Shown: one piece after another, positions 18,175-28,463 of the stretch
Position numbering within the stretch: position 1 is the first letter of the stretch
Layout: each line of letters starts with the position of its first letter
IMG/VR virus record: IMGVR_UViG_3300045988_148153
Span: 381 to 64,380 of that record
Length of the DNA stretch: 64,000 nucleotides
Reading direction: 5' to 3' (one strand)
Source of the DNA: a virus
The notes under the pieces: generated by a model
Databases searched by the model: none
What the model saw: only the letters and a program-made list of their open reading frames with translations
Told to the model about the DNA's origin: nothing
Program-made: the position numbers and the translations under genes

Positions 18175-18206
18175 AATTTGTTATTTAAGTATCTATAACA
18201 TTAGAA

Positions 18207-18632
18207 TTATCCATTTATTTGAGTAATAATACATATATAAGTAGCTTTCACTTCACTATCTCCTGAGAATTGAATTTCAATCTGTCCATTAAAACTATAA
18301 TTATCAACAATAGGAGTACCGTCATCATATCCATAAGATAGACTTCCGTCAATTGATTTAGAAGTGTCTGATAAGTCTAAGAAGACACTAATATTAGCAT
18401 CAAAAGCTTTATATATTACTTCATTGGGTTGAAGTAATATAGGAACCATTCCACTATCCGCACTAAAGAAACCATCAAATACTTTATCAGAAGCATTAAT
18501 AACAACAGTTTTACATGGAGCCGTATAATTATTGTCTATAATATTACTTACGCCCCCAAGAATTTCAGTACTACCCACAAACAGCCCAGCTCCCGCCGAA
18601 CCAACTCTAAGATTACTATTTTCGTTACTCAT
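18207..18632 (-). CDS. hypothetical protein (tail-fibre associated)
   Basis: 141-aa ORF immediately downstream of the tail fibre gene. Confidence 0.5.
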   Translation of the reverse strand: MSNENSNLRVGSAGAGLFVGSTEILGGVSNIIDNNYTAPCKTVVINASDKVFDGFFSADSGMVPILLQPNEVIYKAFDANISVFLDLSDTSKSIDGSLSYGYDDGTPIVDNYSFNGQIEIQFSGDSEVKATYICIITQING

Positions 18633-18642
18633 AATTGTTGTT

Positions 18643-20343
18643 TTAATCGGTTACACAATATGCTGTATTGGCATCCTTAGAGCCAAGAGCCTCGTATTCA
18701 GCGGCGGTTTTCTTGGTGAGGGTGGTGAGGTTGTCACTACGAACAACATCTGTGATTACAATCTTATTCTCACTGCTTGTTTCCGATACATCATAATAGT
18801 ATATATAGCAAGATTTTAATGTTGAACCGTAACCAAAAGTAAATAGCAATTCAAAATATCCATTTCCCGGTTCTGATAAACAATACTGAATATTTGCATT
18901 TATGATATATCCAAAATAATTTCCAGCTTCTTCATCGTAATGTCTTGCGCTAAACCTAAGACCTCTATATCTCCCTTCAGCGTAATTCTCAGCAAATGAT
19001 ATAAAATTGCCAAATAATTCGTTAACCAATCCTTGTACGGTTTCTCCTGTTATAACGGTGTTATTAATCCATTTATTGAGAATAGTACCGTCTACGTTTC
19101 TAACAAGAATTTTATCATCCACATACTTCTTCGTCGCCGGATGATAAGGCTTCGTAGGCGTATATTCGGTCTCATTGTTTTTAGTGAGCACATCTGACTT
19201 TTCTGGAACTTCCACCCAATCTCTATTTTTACGACCGTAGACGTTACCGTTAGAGGGGGCTTCGTAAATATGATTTAAAACCTGAGACGATTTGGTAGCA
19301 ACTCCATCCGTGACTGTTACAACTAATTGGAAAGTCGTTTCTGTAATAATTGCCATCATAAAATTAGCATTATTAGCATCCGTATAGGTAGCCATCGCCA
19401 TTATCGGAATATATACAAGTTTCATCCCTGATTCTTCGGGGATGTTTGCCACAACACATACAGTATCTTTATTGACGATGCTCTGACATATATCCATGAA
19501 AGCGTCTTTCCCACCAAAGGCATTAAATATCTCATCGGGTGTTGCTTGGTCGCTTAGGCTCATCACAGCAACAGGAATAACTACCACGTTCCCCGAACCG
19601 CCGCCCGCTATCTTCCCTTGATTAACCCAGCCGCCGTTTACCCATGCGTAGTAATCATAAGGGGCTTCCGTACCTACGGCCATGAACCCGTCAACTGCCG
19701 AACCGTCGGGAACGGCGGATTTCAAGGCTTCAAGGGTGGCGTATTCGCCGGAGACACGGAAAGAGCTTCCCGGTTTGCCCTTGCAATAAATACCCGTCTT
19801 GTCGAAGCTATCTGTTTCTTTGTTATACACATAGACATAATGGTCTGTTCCTATATAGGTCGGATTGTTGGCAACCTTTTCGGCATCTTGTGCGGCTGTA
19901 TTAGCGGCTTCTGCTTTTTCTTCAGCATTTGATGCGGCGTTGTTTGCGGCTTCTGCTTTTTCTTCAGCATTTGATGCGGCGTTGTTTGCGGATTGAGTAG
20001 CTGCTTCCGCTTCTTCTTTTGCTGCGGTGGCATCGGATGCAGCTTGTGCCGCCAACTCTGCTTTCTCATTGGCGGTATTTGCGGCTGTCTGTGCTGCGGT
20101 GGCATTACTTTCTGCTTTATCGGCGGCTTCGTTTGCTTTATCAGCAGCTTCCAAAGCAGGAGCAACCAACAATTCAAGAGATGCTTTTACCACGGTAGGC
20201 ACTTCTGTTCCGCTTGCCGGTTGATAGGCCGGAAGAGATGATATGTCATCCGTGCTTTCCGCATCCGGCACTTCATTAACCCCTATGGATTTAGCCATAA
20301 GACGGGCAACTATTTCTTGATAATCCTGTTCAGTCCAAGCCAT
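18643..20343 (-). CDS. tail fibre protein with Ala/Glu-rich coiled-coil stalk
   Basis: 566-aa ORF with an N-terminal AADKANEAADKAESNATAAQTAANTANEK... low-complexity helix and a globular C-terminal part. Confidence 0.6.
   Translation of the reverse strand: MAWTEQDYQEIVARLMAKSIGVNEVPDAESTDDISSLPAYQPASGTEVPTVVKASLELLVAPALEAADKANEAADKAESNATAAQTAANTANEKAELAAQAASDATAAKEEAEAATQSANNAASNAEEKAEAANNAASNAEEKAEAANTAAQDAEKVANNPTYIGTDHYVYVYNKETDSFDKTGIYCKGKPGSSFRVSGEYATLEALKSAVPDGSAVDGFMAVGTEAPYDYYAWVNGGWVNQGKIAGGGSGNVVVIPVAVMSLSDQATPDEIFNAFGGKDAFMDICQSIVNKDTVCVVANIPEESGMKLVYIPIMAMATYTDANNANFMMAIITETTFQLVVTVTDGVATKSSQVLNHIYEAPSNGNVYGRKNRDWVEVPEKSDVLTKNNETEYTPTKPYHPATKKYVDDKILVRNVDGTILNKWINNTVITGETVQGLVNELFGNFISFAENYAEGRYRGLRFSARHYDEEAGNYFGYIINANIQYCLSEPGNGYFELLFTFGYGSTLKSCYIYYYDVSETSSENKIVITDVVRSDNLTTLTKKTAAEYEALGSKDANTAYCVTD
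19904..19987. repeat. perfect 42-bp tandem duplication inside the tail fibre stalk
   Basis: gcggcttctgctttttcttcagcatttgatgcggcgttgttt occurs twice, encoding NNAASNAEEKAEAA twice. Confidence 0.9.
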
Positions 20344-20348
20344 AATTA

Positions 20349-20642
20349 TTATTGTTTATCGGTTACTTCTTCCGGTTGATTGGCGATAGCACGGTTGAGT
20401 GTGTCAATGAAGAAAGGTTTGCAAAAAGTATTTGCATACTCCTGTATCAAAGTCACTTCCTCATCGGTATATTCTGTTTCTTCACCGGAATTATATATCT
20501 TCATAGCAAGTGCATGTGATGCGATACCGTTACCGTTACGGTATAGTACATTAGCAAAATCTTCCCGGCAATCCTTGTTTTCACAATGTTTACGGGCTAC
20601 ATCTGTCGCAATCAGCATCTTTTCAAAGTTTATCTTTTTCAT
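20349..20642 (-). CDS. hypothetical protein
   Basis: 97-aa ORF between the tail-tip and tail fibre genes. Confidence 0.5.
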   Translation of the reverse strand: MKKINFEKMLIATDVARKHCENKDCREDFANVLYRNGNGIASHALAMKIYNSGEETEYTDEEVTLIQEYANTFCKPFFIDTLNRAIANQPEEVTDKQ

Positions 20643-20662
20643 AATCTATAATCGTTTTAATG

Positions 20663-23600
20663 TTATCCACAGTAGAAATGAACCCAGTAGGAGCCATCGA
20701 ACATATAAATACTCGAAGCTCCATTCAGGGCTGTCTCTGATTTGGTTCCTCTATTATTGGCATTCATAAGATTCCCTCTTACTATTATATTCCTGCTTAA
20801 CTCGTTCTTTACAAATACCATTTTACCCAAATTGGCGGAACTCGGCAGATATAAAACTGGGTCATAACTTGGAGAGGCATTGCTGTAAGTTACGAAATCA
20901 TCTGTATCCTCAAGCGTATAAGAGGCTGGCACTCCGATTGTATCAATGCCTAATCTTCTCACCCCTATTGATACTCCTGCGGCATCTAATCTGTTTACTC
21001 TTACCGATTCACCGTTTCTGGCATTCAATGCCACATTTCCAAACGCCTTTATTGCATAAGTATCGAATCCAGCCTGGGCAATTATATCTACACCGATAGA
21101 ATGATTACCATAGGCACTCAACCTTAATGCTGTCATTTCATCTCCACGAATACCGCACATTGCATTAGTGGAAGTATTCACTTCAAAAAATCTTCCGCCA
21201 TTCTGTCCTATCCGCAATCTTGCAGTTGGATTTGATGTAATATTCTCAAGCCCGTATTGGGTTATCTTAAATGCACCGACATATCCGTTTCCTGCTGTTA
21301 TATCTCCCGTAAAAGAGCCGTTATGACATTCGATAGAACCATCTTCGTGTATCTTTATGTTTCCATTGGCCGTAATTACTCCTTCCAGTTGAATATGCTG
21401 CGACTTTAACGATATTTTATCCGCCGACACATTAAACAGAGATGACACTTTAGTATTACCTTCTCCGCCTTTGTCATTGAACTCCGCCGCCGCCCAAATC
21501 TTGACACCATCCGCAGTGGTTAACCATCCTGCGCTCTTGCTTTCAAGATTGGATGTTCTTTCCGCTACCGCTTCAATCTTTTCATTGGTTTGGCTTAGCT
21601 GGGTTTCAAACTTTGTTATCATGTCCTCGTAGGCATTATCGGTCAACGCCAACGAATGTATGTATATGTCCCCTGTAAACTTCAACTCAAAATCGCCCGT
21701 TCCGTCCCATGTGCCGGGATACTCCTTCATTATATATTTTTCACCCGGTTCGAGCTGTTCGGTGAAATGCAGGTTCTGACCGGGAAAGCCTATCGTAATA
21801 GTTCCTGCTGTAATCACCTTGTATTTAAAGGAGATAAAGAACTTTCTCGGTTCTTCTCCTTCCTCATAAGTCGGCTTATTGGCTAAATCAGCATTGGATT
21901 GTTTTATGCCGGAAGAAAGTATGCGAAGCACGTTTCTATCTCCGTCTCTGATAATGGCAGCCATAGCATCCTTACGGGAGTAGAACTTTCCATTCACCAA
22001 TAAGAATTTTCCGTTTACAGTGAAAAAGTGAATGTCGTTCTTCGCTTCCCAACCGTTCGTATTGGATGCGAATGCTGAATTGTACAGGTAGTTATCCTCT
22101 GCCTGTATCTCGTCAAGCACTTTGGAGATTTCCGAATAAATAAGGTCTTCCAATATCTGGAACTGGGTCATAATGTTTATGCCTGTTTTCAGGATAAAAT
22201 CACCCATGAACTTGTTGCCTTGCGGGCTGATAACCGTCACTTCCTTACCCGCCATTGAATAGGAATTTATTCCGGCGTATTGATGGATACTTGGCGCATC
22301 ATCACCATACACAGACAACGTTATTGCATTCTGACGCTTCTTATCTGTACGGTTACCGAGTTGTACAAGGCTGTCACCTTCCTGCGGTATGTCACTACCG
22401 GCATCACAGTCTGTCTTGCTTAAATCAATATAATCCTCGCCAACACCTACACACAAACACCAGTAATAACGGTTGGAAACATTCTCATAGACACCCGGTT
22501 TGATGTTAAAGTCTTGAAACCGTACCTGGTCGCCTTCTTTGAATGGGTTCTCAATAGCTGTTTCTCCATCATCCACCAAAAGATAGCAGCGCCAAAAATC
22601 TTCATGCTCTTCCACCGTTCCGCATTTCATTCCGGCAGCGGTGAACATATAGTTACCCCCTGCATAAGAGAGCTTCTTTATCTCCAGTTCAGAGAACATC
22701 GCTTTGATGCGGACAAACAGTTCATCTACTTCAATGTAGGATTTACCCGTCTTGCTGTCTACTTTGATGACAAAACCCTCACCGAGTGCACCGGAAGAAA
22801 AGTTCATTGATTGGATGTAGTCAGAAAATAATCCGCCTAAGAACTTTACTAAATAACTGGTTTGGTCTGGCTTGGTTTTATTTAAAAACAGCTTGTCACC
22901 AAAGGCTTTAATGATTGATTCCACTTGTTGGGTAGTCAATCCGCCACCGCCTTGCCCGCCTACAATAGAATCTATCTGATTCTGTATTTTTTCTAAAGTT
23001 CCTACAGCCTTATCATTGCGGAGAGTGATACCATATGTCGGAATAAGTCCGTCCCCTTCTTTTATCGTAAGGCTGTCAATGATAATGCTTCCATTGATGT
23101 TTAGGTCTTCATCTTCAAATAGCATCAAATCCCCTTCTTTTATGCTGTCGTGCAGTTCAGGATGGCGAGCCATAAATATTTCATCCACCTTAGGCTCATA
23201 GGTATATCTTACATAATCGTTTTTTGCAAGATATTCTTTGGAAGCTGTTAGCAATCTTTGGGAAGCGGCTTTTATGTATACATCCGGCATATCAATTCCC
23301 AGAAGTACAAATTTATCTCCGGCCTTTATTTTGAAATCCTTATATGGAAAATACAGATTTAATCCCTCATCATAGGTTCTGTTGCAGGTTAGAACCCACA
23401 TATTCCCTTGCTTTATGGGCTTATCAGCATCTCCGAGTATTTCAAATTCACGCCCACCGCACATTCCGCTTTTCATGGATATGGTAGCAGTTTCCCCCGT
23501 CAGATAATCGTTTATGTCAAACCCAATATCTTTAAGATATATCTTGAATGGCGGGATAGTTTCTCCTTCTTCGAAGTATCCATCATCTGTAATTGCTGTA

Positions 23601-24907
23601 TTATCTTTATTTACGGAATCGGCGGCAATTTCATCCAACGCCCCGGTGGCATTTACGCTTATTCCTGCATCTATTAATTGTTGCGCAGTCATTCCTTCCA
23701 TTGAAGGGTATATTTCCGGTAGGGAACTGTCGCTTCCATCAAAGAATACCGAGCCTTCCCGTACTCCGATAGCATCTATGTTTTTGCTATCAAGGTATGG
23801 ATCGAGCGTCTTTCCGGGAAAATCAGGAAGCATTAAGTTTTTAACGCCCATGTTATTGGGAACCAGTGCGCCGGAAGGTCTTTTGTATTTTCTTGGGACG
23901 TTATCGGTAAAAATACCTTCCTCTATTCGCATGGAAGCCCCTACTTTAACGTAGTTCTTGTCGTTCTCACTGTTCAGCCAAACGTTGCATTTTCCCAAAT
24001 AGTTTGCCCTCTCCATTTTATAAGACTTCCCGTTGATTGTCACATCGTATTTCTCCATAGAAGAAATGAACTTCATTTCAAAAGGAAGTGTTACGACAGC
24101 AACGGCTATCTTATGCGTATTGGGAGTGTATCCATAATCAGCTTCCTCGATAGGGGCTATTACTATCGGCTTTCCATATACGGCATAATAATTAGTCGGC
24201 AAGTTTCTCGTACTACCGTATGCTCTTAGCCGAGTAATAATCTTCTGCGATGAATCCGCAGTCTTTTGTATGGAATACAATCCTTTGCCTTTTCCATATC
24301 CGAACATACTACCTACGGCAATTCCGGCTGTACCTATGGTTATTGTTCGCCCTCTTATGATAAAGTTTGCATTAAACTCGCTGTTTGCCAATGCGAGTGC
24401 ATCCCATACATTTATATTACTTATTGATATGGACTTGTTAGCGTCGTTCACATATTCAGGATGTACCGCAACCGTCCATTTTTGTTCTCCTTTATAGATG
24501 CGGTCAAGGTTTACTTGTATCCTTTCTGCAAGGGCGTTAATATTTTCGGCGTAGAAACTGAATGTAGGTAGTGAGGAGTAGTGGATTAAGTTATCCTCTT
24601 TTACATAGTCCAGAAATTCACATCTCGTAAGCTCGTCTGCGAGCGAGTTGAAAACCACGTTCTCATACTTGAAAGCCTCTCCGTATGTATTCTTGGCGGC
24701 TTGCTTCAGTTCGGTAGGGTCGTAGTTTATTTCAAACCTTTCTTCACGATATGTCAGATAGTCTCCGACTTCAAAATCAATGGGGGTGGGGGACGTAACG
24801 GTAATGTTAACGGAACAAGCTCCCATAAACTCTCCGTTATATTCCAGCTTCTCGGCGATACATCGCTGAGTTTGCCCATCCTTGCTATATATTATAAACC
24901 GTCCCAT
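20663..24907 (-). CDS. large tail-tip / host-specificity protein (Tal-like)
   Basis: 1414-aa ORF directly after the Dit-like gene with an ATGA-type overlap. Size and position are typical of siphovirus Tal/baseplate proteins. Confidence 0.6.
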   Translation of the reverse strand: MGRFIIYSKDGQTQRCIAEKLEYNGEFMGACSVNITVTSPTPIDFEVGDYLTYREERFEINYDPTELKQAAKNTYGEAFKYENVVFNSLADELTRCEFLDYVKEDNLIHYSSLPTFSFYAENINALAERIQVNLDRIYKGEQKWTVAVHPEYVNDANKSISISNINVWDALALANSEFNANFIIRGRTITIGTAGIAVGSMFGYGKGKGLYSIQKTADSSQKIITRLRAYGSTRNLPTNYYAVYGKPIVIAPIEEADYGYTPNTHKIAVAVVTLPFEMKFISSMEKYDVTINGKSYKMERANYLGKCNVWLNSENDKNYVKVGASMRIEEGIFTDNVPRKYKRPSGALVPNNMGVKNLMLPDFPGKTLDPYLDSKNIDAIGVREGSVFFDGSDSSLPEIYPSMEGMTAQQLIDAGISVNATGALDEIAADSVNKDNTAITDDGYFEEGETIPPFKIYLKDIGFDINDYLTGETATISMKSGMCGGREFEILGDADKPIKQGNMWVLTCNRTYDEGLNLYFPYKDFKIKAGDKFVLLGIDMPDVYIKAASQRLLTASKEYLAKNDYVRYTYEPKVDEIFMARHPELHDSIKEGDLMLFEDEDLNINGSIIIDSLTIKEGDGLIPTYGITLRNDKAVGTLEKIQNQIDSIVGGQGGGGLTTQQVESIIKAFGDKLFLNKTKPDQTSYLVKFLGGLFSDYIQSMNFSSGALGEGFVIKVDSKTGKSYIEVDELFVRIKAMFSELEIKKLSYAGGNYMFTAAGMKCGTVEEHEDFWRCYLLVDDGETAIENPFKEGDQVRFQDFNIKPGVYENVSNRYYWCLCVGVGEDYIDLSKTDCDAGSDIPQEGDSLVQLGNRTDKKRQNAITLSVYGDDAPSIHQYAGINSYSMAGKEVTVISPQGNKFMGDFILKTGINIMTQFQILEDLIYSEISKVLDEIQAEDNYLYNSAFASNTNGWEAKNDIHFFTVNGKFLLVNGKFYSRKDAMAAIIRDGDRNVLRILSSGIKQSNADLANKPTYEEGEEPRKFFISFKYKVITAGTITIGFPGQNLHFTEQLEPGEKYIMKEYPGTWDGTGDFELKFTGDIYIHSLALTDNAYEDMITKFETQLSQTNEKIEAVAERTSNLESKSAGWLTTADGVKIWAAAEFNDKGGEGNTKVSSLFNVSADKISLKSQHIQLEGVITANGNIKIHEDGSIECHNGSFTGDITAGNGYVGAFKITQYGLENITSNPTARLRIGQNGGRFFEVNTSTNAMCGIRGDEMTALRLSAYGNHSIGVDIIAQAGFDTYAIKAFGNVALNARNGESVRVNRLDAAGVSIGVRRLGIDTIGVPASYTLEDTDDFVTYSNASPSYDPVLYLPSSANLGKMVFVKNELSRNIIVRGNLMNANNRGTKSETALNGASSIYMFDGSYWVHFYCG

Positions 24908-25377
24908 TATACAGAAAGAATAATTTGTGTTTTGGGGTCGGTTACCCGAAATGTAATATTAAAAGTTACAACATCTCCCTCATCCGTATTACGAACGAAA
25001 AGGTCATGCTTTATGGATTTGAAATAAATTCCTTGCCTGCCTATTTTAGTATAAGTGTCATAAACCTTCAGTTCAGTTCCGTAACCATCTTTCCCAATCA
25101 GATAGTCCAGGAAGGCGATAATCTTTTCATTGGCCGCCCCCATATCCCCTTTATAGGCAAACTCTACGTCCATATCATAGGCTTGCATACAGAGTTCTTC
25201 GGGGAAAAAAGTGTCTTCTCCGTCTTGGTCTATCCAGTCTCTTTTGGGCAAATCCTTAATCTCTCCATATACAGTAAAAGGGAAATCCTTGCACACAATC
25301 CCCCATTGGGACTGCGTATCAATAACAGGACTTCCCAGTTTACTTTTTTGAAAATAGATACTGTAAGGTTTTGCCAT
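24907..25377 (-). CDS. distal tail protein (Dit-like)
   Basis: 156-aa ORF preceding the Tal-like gene. LPKRDWIDQDGEDTFFPEE...DVEFAYKG resembles siphovirus tail-family proteins. Confidence 0.5.
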   Translation of the reverse strand: MAKPYSIYFQKSKLGSPVIDTQSQWGIVCKDFPFTVYGEIKDLPKRDWIDQDGEDTFFPEELCMQAYDMDVEFAYKGDMGAANEKIIAFLDYLIGKDGYGTELKVYDTYTKIGRQGIYFKSIKHDLFVRNTDEGDVVTFNITFRVTDPKTQIILSV

Positions 25378-25395
25378 GTGTTATTTTGAGTTTGT

Positions 25396-25476
25396 GTCGT
25401 AAAAAACAAAAAGAGCCAATCAACGGTATATCCGTTAATCAGCTCTTTGGCTTGTATTATCAATACTGCAAATATA
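25396..25476 (-). promoter_or_regulatory. late leader A: -7 box TATATTTG(CA), a 17-bp hairpin and a U-tract upstream of Dit
   Basis: The reverse complement of 25469-25476 is TATATTTG. Hairpin arms lie at 25410-25448 and are followed on the minus strand by TTGTTTTTT. It is homologous to the leader at 46806-46873. Confidence 0.55.
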
Positions 25477-25544
25477 TGGTGTATTTTCTAAATAATCAAA
25501 TAAAATATTAGAAAATTACCGTGATTTGCACGAAATGTCTGTAT

Positions 25545-25739
25545 CTAAATAACGCTCTTCTGCTTTTTGATAAGATGTCTGTTTAGCGCTTTCAAGTCAA
25601 AAGGTTTTTGTGTAATGATAGAGTTGGTTTTAATGATTGTCATACTCTCTCTTCCTACTAATTTCATTATTTCTATTTTTTCATACTGTATGTCTCTGAT
25701 TATTTTTGAAAGTCTATTCCTTATGGTGTTTATGTCCAT
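25545..25739 (-). CDS. hypothetical small protein (paralog of 27511..27702)
   Basis: Both share the R..L..II.DIQ.EK.EIM ... KP.FDL..LN pattern. Confidence 0.5.
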   Translation of the reverse strand: MDINTIRNRLSKIIRDIQYEKIEIMKLVGRESMTIIKTNSIITQKPFDLKALNRHLIKKQKSVI

Positions 25740-25929
25740 AGCTCTACTTTTTTAAGGTAAGACATAGGGAAATGTCGCCTGATGTGGCGGTTAACGACAA
25801 CACTATGCCTATTTAATCTTGTTCCAGTGCAACCGCCACGGAGCAATGGTAAGACAACGTTGTTTACAAAACAAACTTACGCATTTTTAGCTGTTGTTCA
25901 AAACATAGCCTTGCTATTATTTCATTTTT

Positions 25930-26709
25930 CTATTGATTGATAGAGCTATTCAGAAACTTATTTACGAAGTAGACCTGCCCTTTTCCCGTAAGTTTTGTCG
26001 TAATTGTAGTATGTAATACTCCGCCGCTACCTGAGCGTACGCCTTTCTTTATCTCGAACAATCCCTGTTCTACATATTGTTGATTCGGAATGTTGTATCG
26101 CTCTCCATGCTTACCTAAATACCCGTTTTCACGCATCCATGCAAATAACCTCTTTTCTCCGATAGGGTATCCATTCTGTGTGATAATCTTTGCTAATTCT
26201 CCGATTAAGCAAGAACTATTCGCTGATTGTACGGCATTGGTAAAAGCTATGGCGGGAGTGGCTTCGGCAACTTTCTGTTCTGCTTCAACTCTCTTTTGGC
26301 GTTCCTCTTTCAAATTCTGTAATGCTTGTATAGCGAAATCCGGATTAGCAAGTAGTTGCTCTATGGTAATATCTGTAGCATAGATTCCATACTTGCGTAT
26401 TGAAGGTAACACTTCGCCACATACCCAATCTTGAAATTTTTCAGCGTCGGGAAGATTGCTTCTCATTATTAAACGATATACATCCTTTTCAGGAATATAT
26501 ATCATATTTACTCCACCAATGCCGTTTTCGTGTGGGTGAAACACCTTTTTGCCTGATTTACAATGCCTTTGTATGGCGTCTGCCGTATCAGAATATCCTA
26601 ATGCAGCGGCTACATCTTTTGCACAAAACAAAGGTTCATTGTTTTCGTTCATTATAATTCTTACTTCTCCGAATTGTTCGTTTTTGAAAATCTGAATACT
26701 ATTTTTCAT
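25930..26709 (-). CDS. Bro-N / KilAC-type phage antirepressor
   Basis: The N-terminal IQIFKNEQFGEVRII..NEPLFCAKDVAAALGY is a Bro-N domain. The C-terminal half (IGELAKII...RLFAWMRENGYL) resembles an antirepressor KilAC domain. Confidence 0.75.
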   Translation of the reverse strand: MKNSIQIFKNEQFGEVRIIMNENNEPLFCAKDVAAALGYSDTADAIQRHCKSGKKVFHPHENGIGGVNMIYIPEKDVYRLIMRSNLPDAEKFQDWVCGEVLPSIRKYGIYATDITIEQLLANPDFAIQALQNLKEERQKRVEAEQKVAEATPAIAFTNAVQSANSSCLIGELAKIITQNGYPIGEKRLFAWMRENGYLGKHGERYNIPNQQYVEQGLFEIKKGVRSGSGGVLHTTITTKLTGKGQVYFVNKFLNSSINQ

Positions 26710-27136
26710 AATGTTGCTTCTTTATATTAAATGAAAAGGGGAGCACCAGCCTAACCGTATAAAGTGGAAGTTTACGAGTTAGACCGATGTCCCCAAATAT
26801 CTTTATCTATGCAGAACTTCCACAAACTGCAACTGTGATAGCTATCTTGTGGGAGCAAAGTTATTAAGCATTTGAATATCAGTCAAATGTTAATTATTCC
26901 CCTTTTAATCTTACTTTGATAAAGATGAAACAGAATGAAACAGCGTGAAATAAAATGAAATTGATTACATGATAAAAAAGTTACTTTATTCACTAATTTA
27001 GATGCTGTATATACAGTACTCTAATTAACGTTTCATTCTGTTAATTCAATAAGCGGATTATAGTTCCTTGTTAACAAATGGTAATTATTGTGATACTCAT
27101 AACTTTAAGTTATTAAATAATTAATTGTGTAACAGA

Positions 27137-27421
27137 CTATTCCTGCTTAGGTGTTAATCCCATACTTGCCATGTCAAACAAACGTCGTAAGCAATTTGCC
27201 GATAGCAAAACCTTCTTTCCTGATAAGATGTAGTCTTTTTGATGGATAAACCACTTCTCAATAAAGTTTTTACCCTCTTTTTCGTCGGCAAAAAATAATT
27301 GGCTTATTTCATTCAGACTGCACGGATATTCTGCTCCGGCGTTATGCTTGTTTACGACATTACGTACATATTCCTTTATTTTAGGGATAGGGGTGGAGTA
27401 GGTGAGCTTATTTGTTTTCAT
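27137..27421 (-). CDS. hypothetical protein
   Basis: 94-aa ORF within the island. Confidence 0.45.
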   Translation of the reverse strand: MKTNKLTYSTPIPKIKEYVRNVVNKHNAGAEYPCSLNEISQLFFADEKEGKNFIEKWFIHQKDYILSGKKVLLSANCLRRLFDMASMGLTPKQE

Positions 27422-27510
27422 ATTCTTTCCTTTAAATTATAATTTATCTATTGCCAACCCGCCAGCCGTATTACTGGCGGGACATCGTAACATGAACGTT
27501 GGTCGAAACC

Positions 27511-27702
27511 TCAACATGCATCTATGCTAACATGTGGCAATATATTCTTATTAAGTCTTCTAAGGTCAAAATTCGGTTTAGAAGCATTTGGGTTGCATTT
27601 TTTGACAGACATAGGAGATAGCATCCTCATTATTTCCAACTTCTCCTTCTGTATATCGAGTATAACTTCATCCAGTCGCTTTCTTAATTCTTCCATATTC
27701 AT
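27511..27702 (-). CDS. hypothetical small protein (paralog of 25545..25739)
   Basis: See the entry for 25545..25739. Confidence 0.5.
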   Translation of the reverse strand: MNMEELRKRLDEVILDIQKEKLEIMRMLSPMSVKKCNPNASKPNFDLRRLNKNILPHVSIDAC

Positions 27703-27844
27703 TTTGGGTATAGTTGTGGCTGTCGGGCATTGGAACCGACTGCCGGATGATTAAAATAGCGTGATTAGTATTTTCTCATGCAGACAACGAGTAAGGTTAT
27801 AATGGATATAACAACGCTTATAATAGCCAATGTTAAATTCCAGT

Positions 27845-28081
27845 TTATAGGATTGTATAAACGAGGGTCTCAAACAGATATTCTTTTCCAAATTGAGTAA
27901 GACGTATATCCCAGACTTCACCATTAACCAAATATGTGCACCTTACAAGCCCTTTGTCTTGCAGGGAATGTGCGGTATGTGAATACCCTTTACGTACTAC
28001 ATTACCGGGAGCATTGGCAAAGTTCGTATTTAATATACGTATCACTTCCTTTTCTGATTTGGAAAGTCTTATTCGTTCCAT
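27845..28081 (-). CDS. small winged-helix-like protein (paralog A)
   Basis: It begins MERIRLSKSEKEVIRIL and contains LQDKGLV. It lies in tandem with its paralog and overlaps it by 13 nt. Confidence 0.5.
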   Translation of the reverse strand: MERIRLSKSEKEVIRILNTNFANAPGNVVRKGYSHTAHSLQDKGLVRCTYLVNGEVWDIRLTQFGKEYLFETLVYTIL

Positions 28082-28416
28082 AACCTCTCATTCAATAAGG
28101 TACATCCAACAAACAACGCAAGTAATGTAGATACGGCGGTAATCGTTGAAAGAACAATCAAGATGATGTCTCTCCACGGAATAGGATTTTTCAGCATGGG
28201 GTTGTATTCCATGTATGCCTTTCCTTTTATTGTAAGTTTTGCCATATACACTACTCCGTCTTCGTCAGCCTTATATGATACAAGTCCTTTTTCTTTCAGA
28301 AGGTCAAGGGTTGTCACAAATAGAAATGGAGAACAGTTCAATGGTAGCTTCTTGCCATTGATGCTGACACTTCTGAACACAGCCTTTTCTTCTTTTGACA
28401 ACCTTATACGTTCCAT
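28069..28416 (-). CDS. small winged-helix-like protein with C-terminal TM helix (paralog B)
   Basis: It begins MERIRLSKEEKAVFRSV and contains LKEKGLV. The C-terminal IILIVLSTITAVSTLLALFVGCTLL is a TM segment. Confidence 0.5.
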   Translation of the reverse strand: MERIRLSKEEKAVFRSVSINGKKLPLNCSPFLFVTTLDLLKEKGLVSYKADEDGVVYMAKLTIKGKAYMEYNPMLKNPIPWRDIILIVLSTITAVSTLLALFVGCTLLNERLWNE

Positions 28417-28463
28417 AACCTACTCGTTTTCTGCAAATTTACTAAATAATACGCAAAAACATG

